Shown in pieces: positions 18,662 through 29,134 of a DNA stretch of 64,000 nucleotides (its first letter is position 1; every line of letters starts with the position of its first letter). The notes under the pieces were generated by a model. That model made no database searches, was not told the DNA's origin, and worked only from the letters and a program-made list of their open reading frames with translations. The DNA comes from Acidimicrobiia bacterium (GTDB lineage: Bacteria > Actinomycetota > Acidimicrobiia > Spongiisociales > ZC4RG35): positions 21,434-85,433 of the forward strand of contig DATBIX010000023.1 in the NCBI GenBank assembly GCA_036556665.1. The letters are read 5' to 3'. Both the position numbers and the translations under genes were made by a program.

Positions 18662-19909
18662 GTGAAGTTCACCGGTCAGGTAAGGGTTCCGGAGATCGAC
18701 CATCCGGGCGTCCCGGCCACGATCCTGGTCGAGGACGACCAGGTCGAGGTCTTCCTCGAAGGGGAGTCTCTCGGCCGCTGGTCGTTATACGACGTAGAAG
18801 CGTCTCGTCTCGTCTCTGCCGCCTTCTCCCTCTCGCTCGATAACGAGGAGATCACCTTCATCGCCGACGAGCCGGTCGACTTCGCCTACAAGGGCGTCGA
18901 CCACATGGCCGAGGAGTGGGCACGCTTCAAGTCGATGACCATGCCGCGCCGCGTCGTGGCGGTCGGGCGCTCGCGGAGGGGGACCCTGCCGTCACGCATC
19001 GGCGAGTTGCGCGCCGCCATGCTGCAGAACCTCGAGACGGCCGGGCGGGGAGTCCCGCGCTTGGCCCCGGTCGAGACTGTTGGTCAGACCACGATCGCCC
19101 CTCCGGAGCCGGCTCCGATCACTCCCGCGCCGCCGATGGAGCCAGCTGCAGCCAAGCCCGATACGGAGTTCCGTCCCGCCCCGGTCGAGGAGGTGGGTCC
19201 CCAGGTGAACGAGGAGAAAGAGCCCTCCATCCCCGACTCGCCGCCCCGACTGCGGCCGGGAGCGGGTCTGTTCGCTCGCAGACTCGATTTGCCCGCCCCG
19301 GCAGCCGACACCCCCGAGCCAATCCCCGCCCCACCACCTGTCCCGGAGCCGGTGTTCAGGTCGCCCTGGGACGAGCCCGCTCACGAGGCGGTCGCTCGAG
19401 CCGAGCCCGATCGGGTGGAGGAGCCCGAGCCGCTGCCTCCTCTACCTGTTGTCCCGGAGCCGGTTGTAGAGCCGGAGCAGGTCTTCGCTCCCGCACACCC
19501 CGTCCCCGAGCGGGATCTCCCCGTTCCGTCGCAGGAGGAGGAGGCCGAGCCGGTGGCACCCGCCGCGGCGGCAGAGGTCCCCGAGCTGGTCAAGGAGCTG
19601 CTGGGCACTTCGTCGGACGAAGGCGGTGAGGAAGGGGCGCGTGACCTGGTAGTCGACCTGGGGCACTACGAAGGGAGGGGGAGCCAGGGGGAGCAGCCCG
19701 CCGAAGTGCAGTCGGACGGGAAGGAGCCCGTTCTCACCGGTGCCCCCCCGGAACCGGAGCGTGCCGGGCTCCTCGGCGCGGTCCGCTCTGCCTTTGCCCG
19801 CAACAAGGTCGTCCACGAGCACGCATTCGTCGAGGCTCCCGGGGGCATCGGGATCGTCAGGCAGATCTGCGAGGAATGCGGTTACATATCCATCGGCGTG
19901 TCGGACTGA
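18662..19909 (+). CDS. hypothetical protein with long Pro/Glu/Ala-rich disordered linker
   Basis: Globular N-terminus (about 110 aa). A 250-aa low-complexity region with 'PEP', 'PAP' and 'EPV' repeats. Short conserved-looking C-terminus 'VVHEHAFVEAPGGIGIVRQICEECGYI'. Confidence 0.4.
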   Translation: MKFTGQVRVPEIDHPGVPATILVEDDQVEVFLEGESLGRWSLYDVEASRLVSAAFSLSLDNEEITFIADEPVDFAYKGVDHMAEEWARFKSMTMPRRVVAVGRSRRGTLPSRIGELRAAMLQNLETAGRGVPRLAPVETVGQTTIAPPEPAPITPAPPMEPAAAKPDTEFRPAPVEEVGPQVNEEKEPSIPDSPPRLRPGAGLFARRLDLPAPAADTPEPIPAPPPVPEPVFRSPWDEPAHEAVARAEPDRVEEPEPLPPLPVVPEPVVEPEQVFAPAHPVPERDLPVPSQEEEAEPVAPAAAAEVPELVKELLGTSSDEGGEEGARDLVVDLGHYEGRGSQGEQPAEVQSDGKEPVLTGAPPEPERAGLLGAVRSAFARNKVVHEHAFVEAPGGIGIVRQICEECGYISIGVSD

Positions 19910-19918
19910 TCCCGGCTC

Positions 19919-20410
19919 TCAGCCGGCTCCTGTCTTCAACACCATCAACACGACGGTGACGATGAGGAGGACGACCGTGACGGTTGCCCAGATGCCTTCC
20001 CGCTTGGACTCGGCGCGAGCGGTCTCGTCATCACCGGTCTCGAGGGCCGTCTGGATCCTCCGACCGGCCGGCCCATGTACCACGCCAGCGATCGCCATGG
20101 TGACCACCACCACGGCGAGACCGACGGAGACGAAGGCATCGGACCAGTCGTACTCGTCTCGGACCAGGACCAGTCCGATCCCGGTGAGCAACACCACTGC
20201 GGCGGCGATCTCGTAGAACCTGCCCGTGACCGACTGGGCTCGGGCCCAAGCCAGCCAGGCCTCGCCGCCGGAACGCTCCAGACGGGGACCAACGAAACCC
20301 TGAAGGATGCTCCCGCCCACCCACGCGGCGGCGCCCAGGATGTGCAGCGTCAACAGAAGGTCGGCCACGGGCTCCTCTCGATGCGGGTGCGGGGAAAGTA
20401 GCACGAGCAC
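19919..20410 (-). CDS. small integral membrane protein (4 TM)
   Basis: 163 aa with four hydrophobic helices. No recognizable catalytic motif. Confidence 0.4.
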   Translation of the reverse strand: MLVLLSPHPHREEPVADLLLTLHILGAAAWVGGSILQGFVGPRLERSGGEAWLAWARAQSVTGRFYEIAAAVVLLTGIGLVLVRDEYDWSDAFVSVGLAVVVVTMAIAGVVHGPAGRRIQTALETGDDETARAESKREGIWATVTVVLLIVTVVLMVLKTGAG

Positions 20411-20440
20411 CGATCTGGCCCCGGGTACCCTCGTCTCGAG

Positions 20441-21481
20441 ATGGGAATCGTCAGACCGGTGGTTCTGTCCGGTGGATCCGGCACCAGGCTGTGGCCGGTC
20501 TCGACCTCCTCCCGCCCCAAGCAGTTCCTCGATCTGCTCGGCGAACCGATGATCGAGGCAACCCTGGGCCGTCTACGCGGGATGGAGGGTGTCGGGCCTG
20601 TGACGGTGGTGACCGGGGGCGACCACGCCCAGGCCGTGGAGGAGGCCGCCCGGCGAGCCTCGATCGACCTGGGAGCGGTGGTGGTCGAGCCGGCCGGGCG
20701 CAACACCGGGCCTGCCGTCGTGGTGGCGGCGTTGCTCGGCGATCCCGATGACGTGCTGGTGATCGTCCCGGCAGACCACCGCATCGCCGACGTCGAGGCG
20801 TTCCGGGCCGCGGTGGAGCGAGCGGTGGGTCTCGCCCGGGACGGGGCCCTCGTCACGTTCGGAGCGCGCCCGACCCGCCCCGACACCGGGTACGGCTACA
20901 TCGAGCAGGGTGAGCCCTTCGATGGTGCCTTCCAGGTCGCCCGCTTCAAGGAGAAGCCCGACGAGGAGGAGGCGAGTCGGCTCTTCGCAGACGGGCGCCA
21001 TCTGTGGAACTCGGGGATGTTCGTCTTCACCGCCCGGCGCCTGCTCGAGGAAGCCGCGCTCCATGAGCCCGCCCTCCTGGAGGGAGCGAAGGCGGCGCTG
21101 CCCGAGGAGAGAACAGGCCGTGTCGTCCTCTCGGGTTCATTCGCGACAATCGCCCCGATCTCGATCGACCACGCCGTCATGGAGAAGACGGCCGGCGCCG
21201 TCGTCATCCCGATCGATGTCGGCTGGACCGACGTTGGGTCCTGGGAGTCGGTATGGGAGCTGAGCGAGCACGACAGCTCCGGGAATGTCCTCATCGGCGA
21301 CGTCACCGCCATCGACGTGACCGGCTGCTATGTGCTGGCCGGCTCCAGGAAGGTCGCGGTGGCCGGGGTCGAGGGTGTGATCGTCGTGGAGACCCCTGAG
21401 GCCGTCCTGGTCGTCGGCCGGTCCCAGGCTCAGCTGGTGCGCGACCTGGCCCAGGAGGCCGGTGAGGACAGACCTGATTGA
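20441..21481 (+). CDS. manC: mannose-1-phosphate guanylyltransferase
   Basis: 'VVLSGGSGTRLWPVS...PKQF' nucleotidyltransferase N-terminus. No C-terminal isomerase domain. Confidence 0.8.
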   Translation: MGIVRPVVLSGGSGTRLWPVSTSSRPKQFLDLLGEPMIEATLGRLRGMEGVGPVTVVTGGDHAQAVEEAARRASIDLGAVVVEPAGRNTGPAVVVAALLGDPDDVLVIVPADHRIADVEAFRAAVERAVGLARDGALVTFGARPTRPDTGYGYIEQGEPFDGAFQVARFKEKPDEEEASRLFADGRHLWNSGMFVFTARRLLEEAALHEPALLEGAKAALPEERTGRVVLSGSFATIAPISIDHAVMEKTAGAVVIPIDVGWTDVGSWESVWELSEHDSSGNVLIGDVTAIDVTGCYVLAGSRKVAVAGVEGVIVVETPEAVLVVGRSQAQLVRDLAQEAGEDRPD

Positions 21482-21818
21482 GGCGTCCCTCCGGGCCCAT
21501 ACCATCCCCCGGATGAGGAGAGCGCTGCTGGTGGCCTGCACTGCCGTCCTGGCGGCGGGATGCCTGGGCCGCCCCGCCCCGGACGCAACCGGCCAGGACA
21601 TCTATCTGCAGCTGTGCGCCAACTGTCATGGCACCGACCTCGAGGGACGGGTCGGCCCACCCCTCGGCTCCGGCTCCAACTCGGCCGTGCAGCCCGACGA
21701 ATTCCTCCATGTGGCGATCGTGGATGGGCGTGGTCGGATGCCCTCGTTCAGCACGTCGTTGACCTCGGAGCAGGTGGACCGTCTCATCGCCTACCTGCGA
21801 GAGGTCCAGGGCGCATGA
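21462..21818 (+). CDS. class I c-type cytochrome (secreted)
   Basis: Signal peptide 'LLVACTAVLAAGC' and heme-binding 'CANCHG'. Overlaps manC by 20 nt and menC by ATGA. Confidence 0.6.
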   Translation: MRTDLIEASLRAHTIPRMRRALLVACTAVLAAGCLGRPAPDATGQDIYLQLCANCHGTDLEGRVGPPLGSGSNSAVQPDEFLHVAIVDGRGRMPSFSTSLTSEQVDRLIAYLREVQGA

Positions 21819-22774
21819 GCGACGTCCTCGAGGCCCTCGAGCTGCACCCGGTTCGGATCCCGATGAGGCACCGGTTCCGAAGGGTCGATCACCGGGAGGC
21901 AGTGCTCATCAAAGGCCCGACCGGCTGGGGTGAGTTCTCCCCCTTCCCCGACTACCCGCCGGAGGTGACCACCCGATGGCTCGCCTCGGCGCTGGAGGCG
22001 GCATGCAGCGACCTCCCGCAACCGGGGCGGGAGGTCATCCCGATCAACGTCACGGTGCCGGCGGTGAGCCCGGATGCCGCGGTGGGTCTCGTCCTCGAGT
22101 CCGGCGCCACCACGGCCAAGGTGAAGGTGGGGGAGCCGGGGCGGCCCCCGTCGGACGACGAGGCCCGGATCGCCGCGGTCAGGGAGGCGTTGGGGCCGGA
22201 GGGGAGGATCCGGATCGATGTCAACGCCGCCTGGGACCTGGAGACGGCCACCGAGCGCCTCGAGTCCCTGGCGCGATTCGACCTCGAGTACGCCGAGCAA
22301 CCGGTGCGAACGCTCGAGGAGATGGTCGAGCTGAGACGACGGACCCGGGTCCCCCTCGCCGCCGATGAGCTGGTACGGCTCCGTCCCGACCCGCTCGAGG
22401 TGGCCGAGATGGGCGCAGCCGACGTGCTCGTGGTCAAGGTGCAGCCGCTCGGAGGCGTGGCCCGCACGCTCGACATCGCCGCTCGCGCCGGGATCCCGGT
22501 GGTGGTGTCTTCGGCGCTGGAGACATCGATCGGGATCTACTCCGGCCTCCTGGTCGCTTCCCTCCTGGGCTCGCTCCCCTATGCCTGTGGGCTGGGAACC
22601 GTCTCGTTGATCGAGGGCGACCCGACTCGGAAGCCCCTCGTCTCAATGGACGGGGAGCTCGAGGTGCGACGGCCCGAGCCGGACCCCATGCTTCTGGCGC
22701 GATGGAGGCCGGATCGCGATCGGGCGGCCGAGATGCTGCGTAAGGTCAGGTCGGCTGCCCAGGTGCTGACATGA
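21814..22774 (+). CDS. menC: o-succinylbenzoate synthase (enolase superfamily)
   Basis: Enolase-superfamily metal ligands ('KVKVG', 'DVNAAWD', 'EQP'). Sits with menD downstream. Confidence 0.65.
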
Positions 22775-22787
22775 CACGGCGCACGAC

Positions 22788-24473
22788 ATGACCCAACCCA
22801 ACCCGAGCACTGCCCAGGCGCGGGTGATGGTCGACGAGTTGCACCGGCAAGGTGTCGACTTCGCGGTGATCTCACCCGGGTCCCGCTCCTCCGCGCTCGC
22901 CATCGCCTTCGACCAGCATCCGGGCATCGACACCAGCGTCGTGCTCGACGAGCGGTCAGCTGGATTCCAGGCCCTGGGGCGTGCTCGGGCCACCGGATTG
23001 CCTGCAGTGGCGGTGTGCACCTCGGGGACGGCGGTGGCCAACCTCCTTCCTGCGGTGGTGGAGGCCGATCTGTCCCTGGTCCCCCTGCTGGTCGTCTCGG
23101 CAGATCGCCCTCCAGAGCTCTTGCACGTCGGTGCGAACCAGACGATCGACCAGGGAGGGATGTTCGGGGCGAGGGCCCGTTGGTCCTGCGACATCGCCGC
23201 GGCGGAGCCAGGTCAGGATGCCAACGGTTACTGGCGGACGACCGTGGCCCAGGCGGTGGCACGGGCGCTGGGCCACGGGAGCAGGCCGGGGCCGGTGCAT
23301 CTCAATGTGGCCTTCCGCGAGCCGACCGTGCCCGTCGGCGACGACGGGAGGTCCTCGGCCCCGCCATATGGGCACGGCGTCGAGGGAAGGCCCTCGGGGG
23401 AGCCGTGGCAACGGCATCTCCGGACGCGGTCCCTGGCGGCCGTCCTGCCGTTTGCCGACGGCAGGAGAGGCTTGGTGGTGGCAGGTGAGGGCGACTTCGA
23501 GCCGGCGGCCCTGGAACGGGTCGCGACACGTCTGCATTGGCCTTTGCTGGGCACTGCCGCCTCGGGTCTGCGCCGCCGCAACGTCGTCACCAGTTACCAC
23601 CACCTGCTCGTCGCGGGCGTGCCTGACCGGCTTCGGCCCGAGCTGGTCGTCTCGATCGGGCGGATCGGCCCCAGCGACAGGCTTGGCGCTCTCACCGCGC
23701 TCGAAGTGCCTCAGGTGTGCATCGACCCCTGGGGCGCCTGGAACGACCCGCGGCGCCACGCCACCCACCTGATCCAGGCAGATCCGGTGCCATCGCTGGC
23801 GGCTCTCACTCCTGCCGTGGACACGGATTTGACCAATGCCTGGACAGTGGCCGATGCGGCGATGCGGAGCGCCCTCGACGAGCGGATCATGGCCGAGCCG
23901 ATCCCCTCTGGCCCGGGCGTGGCACGAAGCCTGGGCGAGGTCTCTGTCGACCATCTGGTGGTGGCCTCTTCGATGCCCATCAGAGACGTCGACGCACATA
24001 CCGCGCACACGGGGAGGGTCATCGCCAATCGGGGGGCCTCCGGCATCGACGGCTTCATCTCGACCGCGCTGGGCGTGGCCTCGTCCCCGGGTCGCACCCT
24101 GGCCTTGGCCGGCGATCTCTCCTTCCTCCACGACGCAGGTGGTCTCATCTCGGACCCGCCCAGGGACTTCGTGCTCGTCGTCGTCGACAACGGAGGTGGG
24201 GGCTTGTTCGACCTGCTTCCCCAGGCGCAGCACGCCCCTCACTACGAGAGGCTGTTCGTCACCCCGCATGGGCTCGACCTCCCCCGACTGGCGGAGGGGT
24301 ACGGTCTGACGGCGACCTCGGCGGATCTCGCCTCTCTCGCCCCGACCGTCAACGGGCTCATCGATGACGGGGGTCGCCATGCAGTGGTGGTGCCGGTCGA
24401 TCGTGAGGCCGAGCTCAAGCTGCGGCGTGCCCTCGACGAGGTTGCCCGGGACGTTTGCGCCGATCTCAGCTGA
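22788..24473 (+). CDS. menD: SEPHCHC synthase (2-succinyl-5-enolpyruvyl-6-hydroxy-3-cyclohexene-1-carboxylate synthase), ThDP-dependent
   Basis: 'VDFAVISPGSRSSALA' N-terminus and the ThDP-binding 'GDLSFLHD' motif. Confidence 0.85.
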   Translation: MTQPNPSTAQARVMVDELHRQGVDFAVISPGSRSSALAIAFDQHPGIDTSVVLDERSAGFQALGRARATGLPAVAVCTSGTAVANLLPAVVEADLSLVPLLVVSADRPPELLHVGANQTIDQGGMFGARARWSCDIAAAEPGQDANGYWRTTVAQAVARALGHGSRPGPVHLNVAFREPTVPVGDDGRSSAPPYGHGVEGRPSGEPWQRHLRTRSLAAVLPFADGRRGLVVAGEGDFEPAALERVATRLHWPLLGTAASGLRRRNVVTSYHHLLVAGVPDRLRPELVVSIGRIGPSDRLGALTALEVPQVCIDPWGAWNDPRRHATHLIQADPVPSLAALTPAVDTDLTNAWTVADAAMRSALDERIMAEPIPSGPGVARSLGEVSVDHLVVASSMPIRDVDAHTAHTGRVIANRGASGIDGFISTALGVASSPGRTLALAGDLSFLHDAGGLISDPPRDFVLVVVDNGGGGLFDLLPQAQHAPHYERLFVTPHGLDLPRLAEGYGLTATSADLASLAPTVNGLIDDGGRHAVVVPVDREAELKLRRALDEVARDVCADLS

Positions 24474-25587
24474 GCCCGAGGGCGGTCAGCATCGGACGGA
24501 GCTTGATGCGGGTCTCCGCGAACTCGGTCTCGGGGTCGGATCCCTCGACTATCCCGGCCCCGGCGTGGAGTGTGGCGCTCCGACCGTGGAGCTGACCGCA
24601 GCGAAGGGCTATGGCGAACTCGCCTTCCCCTGCTGGATCGAGCCACCCCACCGGGCCGGCGTAGCGGCCCCGGTCGTGACCCTCGAGCTCGCCGATCAGC
24701 TCGAGGGCCGGCTTGGTCGGGGTCCCTGCCACTGCCGCGGTGGGATGCAGTGCAGACAGCAACTCGGTGATGCGGGTCCCAGGATGGGTGACCCCTTCGA
24801 AGATCGTGGACAGATGGCGGATGTCGCCGTAGGTGGCGACGCTGATCGGTGAGCGCATCAAGCGGGGGGAGAAGCGACGCAGCGCCTCCTCGACCGAGTC
24901 GGCGGCGAGGGTGTGCTCCCTGGACATCTTCGACGTCTGGAACGAGCTGAGGCCCGCCGGGTCGTCGAGATCGGCCGATCCGGCGAGCGATATGGACCGG
25001 GCCAGGCCGTCGTGCAAGGAGACGAGCAGCTCAGGTGATGACCCGACGAAGCGGTCGACCAGGAAGGTGTGCGAATCGGGCTCTGCAGCTGCGAGCCTGG
25101 CGAGCACCACATGTGACGGGATCTCGCCGTCGAGCTCGACGGTCAGCCGGCGGGACAGAACCACTTTCTCCACCTCGCCGGCCCGAATCGCGGACAGGGC
25201 TCCTTCCACCTTCGTCGCCCACCCGTCGTGGGAGTCCCCGGCCAGCCGGCCCCGAGGCATGGGGACACCGGCCACGGGCTCGGGAAGGTCGGTCGCTGTG
25301 CCAATGAGGTAGGTGGTGGCGCCGCGATCGATGCGAACCATCACTTGCGGTACGACGACTATCGAGCCGGCAGCGTTCTCGTCGAAGGTGAAGCTGGCGA
25401 AAGCCGCGGGGGCGCCATTCGCCTTCAGCTCCCGGAGTGCCCGATCGAATCTGTCGGCCCCGGTCCCGGGATCGACCCGTATCGACTCGCCCCAGCCGAA
25501 GAGACCGAAGTCGGCCCGGATCCAGGCCAACCCCGGGGCGCGTGAGAGGACGTCCCGCCAGGGGGATCGTCGTGAATCAGTCGTCAT
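24466..25587 (-). CDS. menF: isochorismate synthase
   Basis: Chorismate-binding C-terminal domain ('PTAAVAGTP', 'GRYAGPVGWLD'). 11-nt overlap with the upstream murI. Confidence 0.75.
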   Translation of the reverse strand: MTTDSRRSPWRDVLSRAPGLAWIRADFGLFGWGESIRVDPGTGADRFDRALRELKANGAPAAFASFTFDENAAGSIVVVPQVMVRIDRGATTYLIGTATDLPEPVAGVPMPRGRLAGDSHDGWATKVEGALSAIRAGEVEKVVLSRRLTVELDGEIPSHVVLARLAAAEPDSHTFLVDRFVGSSPELLVSLHDGLARSISLAGSADLDDPAGLSSFQTSKMSREHTLAADSVEEALRRFSPRLMRSPISVATYGDIRHLSTIFEGVTHPGTRITELLSALHPTAAVAGTPTKPALELIGELEGHDRGRYAGPVGWLDPAGEGEFAIALRCGQLHGRSATLHAGAGIVEGSDPETEFAETRIKLRPMLTALGLS

Positions 25588-26356
25588 TCCAGACGCAGGC
25601 TAGGACCGGCTCGGTCGCTGTGATCCCAGCCAGGGCCTGGGCCAGCCGGTCGAACCGATCCGGGTCACCCGATGTGGCAAGGATGAGACGACCGGAGCCG
25701 CTCTGACCTCTCGCCACACGTCCCACCTGGCGTGCCACCGCCGGAGCCGGGTCGACCACTGTCACTCCCTCTCCAGCCACCGCCCCGATGACCCGGGTGA
25801 GAAAGGCGAAGTGGGTGCATCCGAGCACCAGGGTGTCTGCCCCGGAGTCGAGGAGAGGGCGAAGGCACGACTCCACCTTGGACCGGGTCTCCGGCCCATC
25901 GACCTTCCCCTCCTCCACCATCGCCACCCATTCGGGGCAGGCTCGGGCCAAGACCTGGACCCCCCCGGCATGACGTTGCACCACGGAGGCGAACAGCTCG
26001 CCTTGAAAGGTGGCCGCCGTGGCCAGGACACCGATGACACCGGACGAGGTGGTCAGAGCCGCCGGTTTGACCGCCGGCTCCATCCCCACGAAGGGAAAGC
26101 CCGGGTACATGGAGCGGAGTGGGTGCAGGGCCGCCGCCGAGGCTGTGTTGCAGGCGATGGCGATGGTGGTCGCACCGCGCTCCATGAGCCATCGTGACAC
26201 CTGTGCCGTGATCGTTGCCAGCTCCTCGAGATCCCTCACCCCGTATGGGGCCCGGGCCTGATCTGCGAGATAGATCAGGTCGGCCTGCGGGATCGTCTTG
26301 CGGATCTCGGCGAGTACTCCGAGCCCGCCAACCCCCGAGTCGAACACCCCGATCAT
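25577..26356 (-). CDS. murI: glutamate racemase
   Basis: 'IGVFDSGVGGL' and 'LVLGCTHF' catalytic-cysteine motifs. Confidence 0.85.
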   Translation of the reverse strand: MIGVFDSGVGGLGVLAEIRKTIPQADLIYLADQARAPYGVRDLEELATITAQVSRWLMERGATTIAIACNTASAAALHPLRSMYPGFPFVGMEPAVKPAALTTSSGVIGVLATAATFQGELFASVVQRHAGGVQVLARACPEWVAMVEEGKVDGPETRSKVESCLRPLLDSGADTLVLGCTHFAFLTRVIGAVAGEGVTVVDPAPAVARQVGRVARGQSGSGRLILATSGDPDRFDRLAQALAGITATEPVLACVWNDD

Positions 26357-26413
26357 GGCGGTATCTCAGCAGACCGGTCCCGGCCCGGCTGGTAGCGTCG
26401 CCGGGCGGATGAG

Positions 26414-27193
26414 GTGGCACAAGTGAAGGTCGGAGGTTCGGCGGCGATCGTCACCGGGGGAGCCTCGGGGCTCGGTTACGGGACGGCGGAGCGCCTGATC
26501 CAGGGTGGCGGATCGGTGGTCGTGTTCGACATCAACGAGGCCCTGGGGGCGGACGCGGCGGGACGTCTCGGCGACTCGGCCAGGTTCATCCATTGCGACG
26601 TGAGGGACCCCGGGAGCGTCTCGGCGGCCGTGGCCAGGTCTGCCGAGGAGCTGGGGAGGATCGACCTGTTGGTCAACGCGGCCGGAGTCGCCCCTGCACA
26701 ACGGTTGGTGAGCCGGGACGGCGAGTTGTTCGACCTCGACCTGTTCAAGTTCGTGATCGATGTCAACCTCGTCGGCGCCTTCGACGTGGCGCGCAATGTC
26801 GCCGGGGTGATGGTGCGCAACGAGCCCGATGCGACCGGGGAGAGGGGTGTGATTGTCAATGTGGCGTCAATCGCAGCCTTCGAGGGGCAGATCGGCCAGA
26901 CCGCCTATGCGGCCTCGAAGGGCGCCATCGCGGCGATGACCTTGCCCATGGCCCGCGACCTGGGGACGGCCGGCATCAGGGTCGTTGCCATCGCACCCGG
27001 GATCATGGACACCCCGCTCCTCTCCTCGGCCCCCCAGGAATTGAAGGAGTCTCTGGCGGGGTTGCACGTCTTCCCACACCGTCTCGGCACCCCCGCCGAC
27101 TTCGCCCACCTCGTCGTGGCCGTCATGGAGAACCCCTTGCTGAACGGCGAGGTGATCCGTCTCGACGCCGCGGCGAGGATGCCCCCGCGCTGA
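26414..27193 (+). CDS. SDR-family oxidoreductase (3-hydroxyacyl-CoA dehydrogenase type-2-like)
   Basis: 'AIVTGGASGLG' Rossmann motif and 'YAASKGA' catalytic YxxxK. Confidence 0.75.
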   Translation: MAQVKVGGSAAIVTGGASGLGYGTAERLIQGGGSVVVFDINEALGADAAGRLGDSARFIHCDVRDPGSVSAAVARSAEELGRIDLLVNAAGVAPAQRLVSRDGELFDLDLFKFVIDVNLVGAFDVARNVAGVMVRNEPDATGERGVIVNVASIAAFEGQIGQTAYAASKGAIAAMTLPMARDLGTAGIRVVAIAPGIMDTPLLSSAPQELKESLAGLHVFPHRLGTPADFAHLVVAVMENPLLNGEVIRLDAAARMPPR

Positions 27194-27387
27194 TCCACCG
27201 GCTCGAATTCACGTCTGCGCGGGGTGCGGTGTCGAAGAGGGGGGTATACACTGCCGCCGGTCAACGGTCCCGATCCGTTGTTTCGGGTCGGGCCGTCGAT
27301 GGGAGGAGCGGAGATTCCGTGTGCCTCAAGGGGCCGGCTTCGTGTCGGCGCCCGTCTGTAAATAACAGCAGAGCAGGAAGGGAATCC

Positions 27388-29121
27388 ATGAATGCACTGA
27401 GCAGTCGCTCACGATGGCTCATCGTCGTGGCTGTATTCGCGGTGTTCGTCAGCGCTTGCGCCGGCACCACCGAGGACACCACCACGACCGCGGCCGCCGA
27501 AGCGACGACGACGTCTGCCGCCGCGGAGGGGACGACCACCACCGCAGCTCAAGCGGAACAGGGTGCGATGACGTACACGATCGACATCGCCGAAGAAGCC
27601 GTTTGGAGCGATGGGACCCCGATCACGGTGGCCGACATCGAATGTACCTGGCAGGCATTCCTCAACACGCCCGGTTCACTCTCCACCAGCGGCTATGACC
27701 AGATCACATCGGTCAGCGCCGGTACGAGTGACAAGCAGGCGGTGATCGAGTTCGCCACCGTCTACGCGCCATACAAGGTTCTGTTCAACCAGATCCTCCC
27801 GGCGCACACGGTTGCGGACTGCAACGACGTGTCCGGCGACTTCCAGACCGAGATCCCTGTATCCGCCCGACCCTGGCAGCTCTCCGAGTGGAGCGACCAG
27901 CAGGCGATCCTCGTGCCCAACGAGGCTTACTGGGGTGACGACGTGCCGGTGGCTTCGCGCCTCGTCCAGGTGCCTCGCACCGACGATGGCGGCATCGCCG
28001 CCCTGCAGGCAGGTGAAGTCGACTTCATCTTCCCGCAGGCGTTCGCCGGCATCGGTGACGCTCTGGCCGCCGACAACATCCAATTCGAGCCTGGCTACGG
28101 GACCAACTACGAAGGTCTCTACTTCAGGCAGGGCGGCGATGTTGCCGAGTTCCCATTCTCGGACCCGGTGTTCCGGCAGGCGTTCAGCATGTCAGTCGAC
28201 CGTGAGCTGATCCTGGCCAACATCTACGACCCGATCTTCCCGGGCTCCCCGCTGCTCCAGTGTGGGCTCTGGGTCCCGACGATCGGCGCGTGGTGTGACA
28301 ACACCCAGTTCGAGAACAGCTTCGATCCCGAAGGCGCCGCAGCGCTGCTCGAGGAGAACGGCTGGACCCAGGACGGGTCAGGGATGTGGGCCAACGCCGA
28401 CGGCGTGGTACCGGAGATCCAGTGGATGGTCAACGAGCCCAACCAGCGGCGCGCTGACGCACAGGCACTGATGATCCCCGAGTTCCAGGCCCTCGGATTC
28501 AACGTCGTGGCAGACAACGGCGACGCCGCCACTGTGTTCCAGCAGCGGCTCCCCGCCGGCGAGTACGACCTGGCGATGTACATCACCACCGCCGCACCCG
28601 ACCCGAGCGTCACGGCCATCATGAGCTGTGACCAGGTGCCGAGCCCTGAGAACAACAACCAGGGTCAGAACTCCGTGTTCTGGTGCAATGAGGACGCCAG
28701 CGCCCTCATGGCGGAGTCCGATGTCACCATCGACGAGGCGGCCCGCGCCGACCTGATCCATCAGGTCGGGCAGGCTCTGGTCGACGACCACGTGCTGCTG
28801 CCCCTGTTCCAGTTCCCGAATATCGCCGCATGGCGGACGGACCGGATCGAGGGCGACGCCGCAGCTGCAGACGCGGCCAACTACCGCGCCTACAACAACA
28901 GCTCGAATGCATGGACCCCGATCGGCAAAGAGGACGTCGTCGTCGGCGCCGAGCAGTGGCCCGAGTGCATCAACCCGGTGACCGAGTGCGCCAACTCGTC
29001 GTGGATGGTGTGGACGACATCGTTCGCAGTTCTCCCGGCGGTTTTCGACACCACGGCCGACGGTCAGTTCGTGCCTACCAACATGGTCGCGAGCGAACCG
29101 ACAGTTACCGTCAACGAGTAA
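27388..29121 (+). CDS. ABC transporter substrate-binding lipoprotein, family 5 (peptide/nickel type)
   Basis: Lipobox 'VSACAG', a Thr/Ala-rich linker, then an SBP5 fold. First gene of a dppABCDF-like operon. Confidence 0.8.
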   Translation: MNALSSRSRWLIVVAVFAVFVSACAGTTEDTTTTAAAEATTTSAAAEGTTTTAAQAEQGAMTYTIDIAEEAVWSDGTPITVADIECTWQAFLNTPGSLSTSGYDQITSVSAGTSDKQAVIEFATVYAPYKVLFNQILPAHTVADCNDVSGDFQTEIPVSARPWQLSEWSDQQAILVPNEAYWGDDVPVASRLVQVPRTDDGGIAALQAGEVDFIFPQAFAGIGDALAADNIQFEPGYGTNYEGLYFRQGGDVAEFPFSDPVFRQAFSMSVDRELILANIYDPIFPGSPLLQCGLWVPTIGAWCDNTQFENSFDPEGAAALLEENGWTQDGSGMWANADGVVPEIQWMVNEPNQRRADAQALMIPEFQALGFNVVADNGDAATVFQQRLPAGEYDLAMYITTAAPDPSVTAIMSCDQVPSPENNNQGQNSVFWCNEDASALMAESDVTIDEAARADLIHQVGQALVDDHVLLPLFQFPNIAAWRTDRIEGDAAAADAANYRAYNNSSNAWTPIGKEDVVVGAEQWPECINPVTECANSSWMVWTTSFAVLPAVFDTTADGQFVPTNMVASEPTVTVNE

Positions 29122-29134
29122 GTGAAGTAGGCTG

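Noticed and set aside
26593-27387. 842-aa ORF 26593..29121 that would fuse an alternative frame of the SDR gene to the substrate-binding protein
   Set aside because: The 5' part is out of frame with the clearly recognizable SDR gene. The SBP has its own Met plus lipobox signal at 27388.
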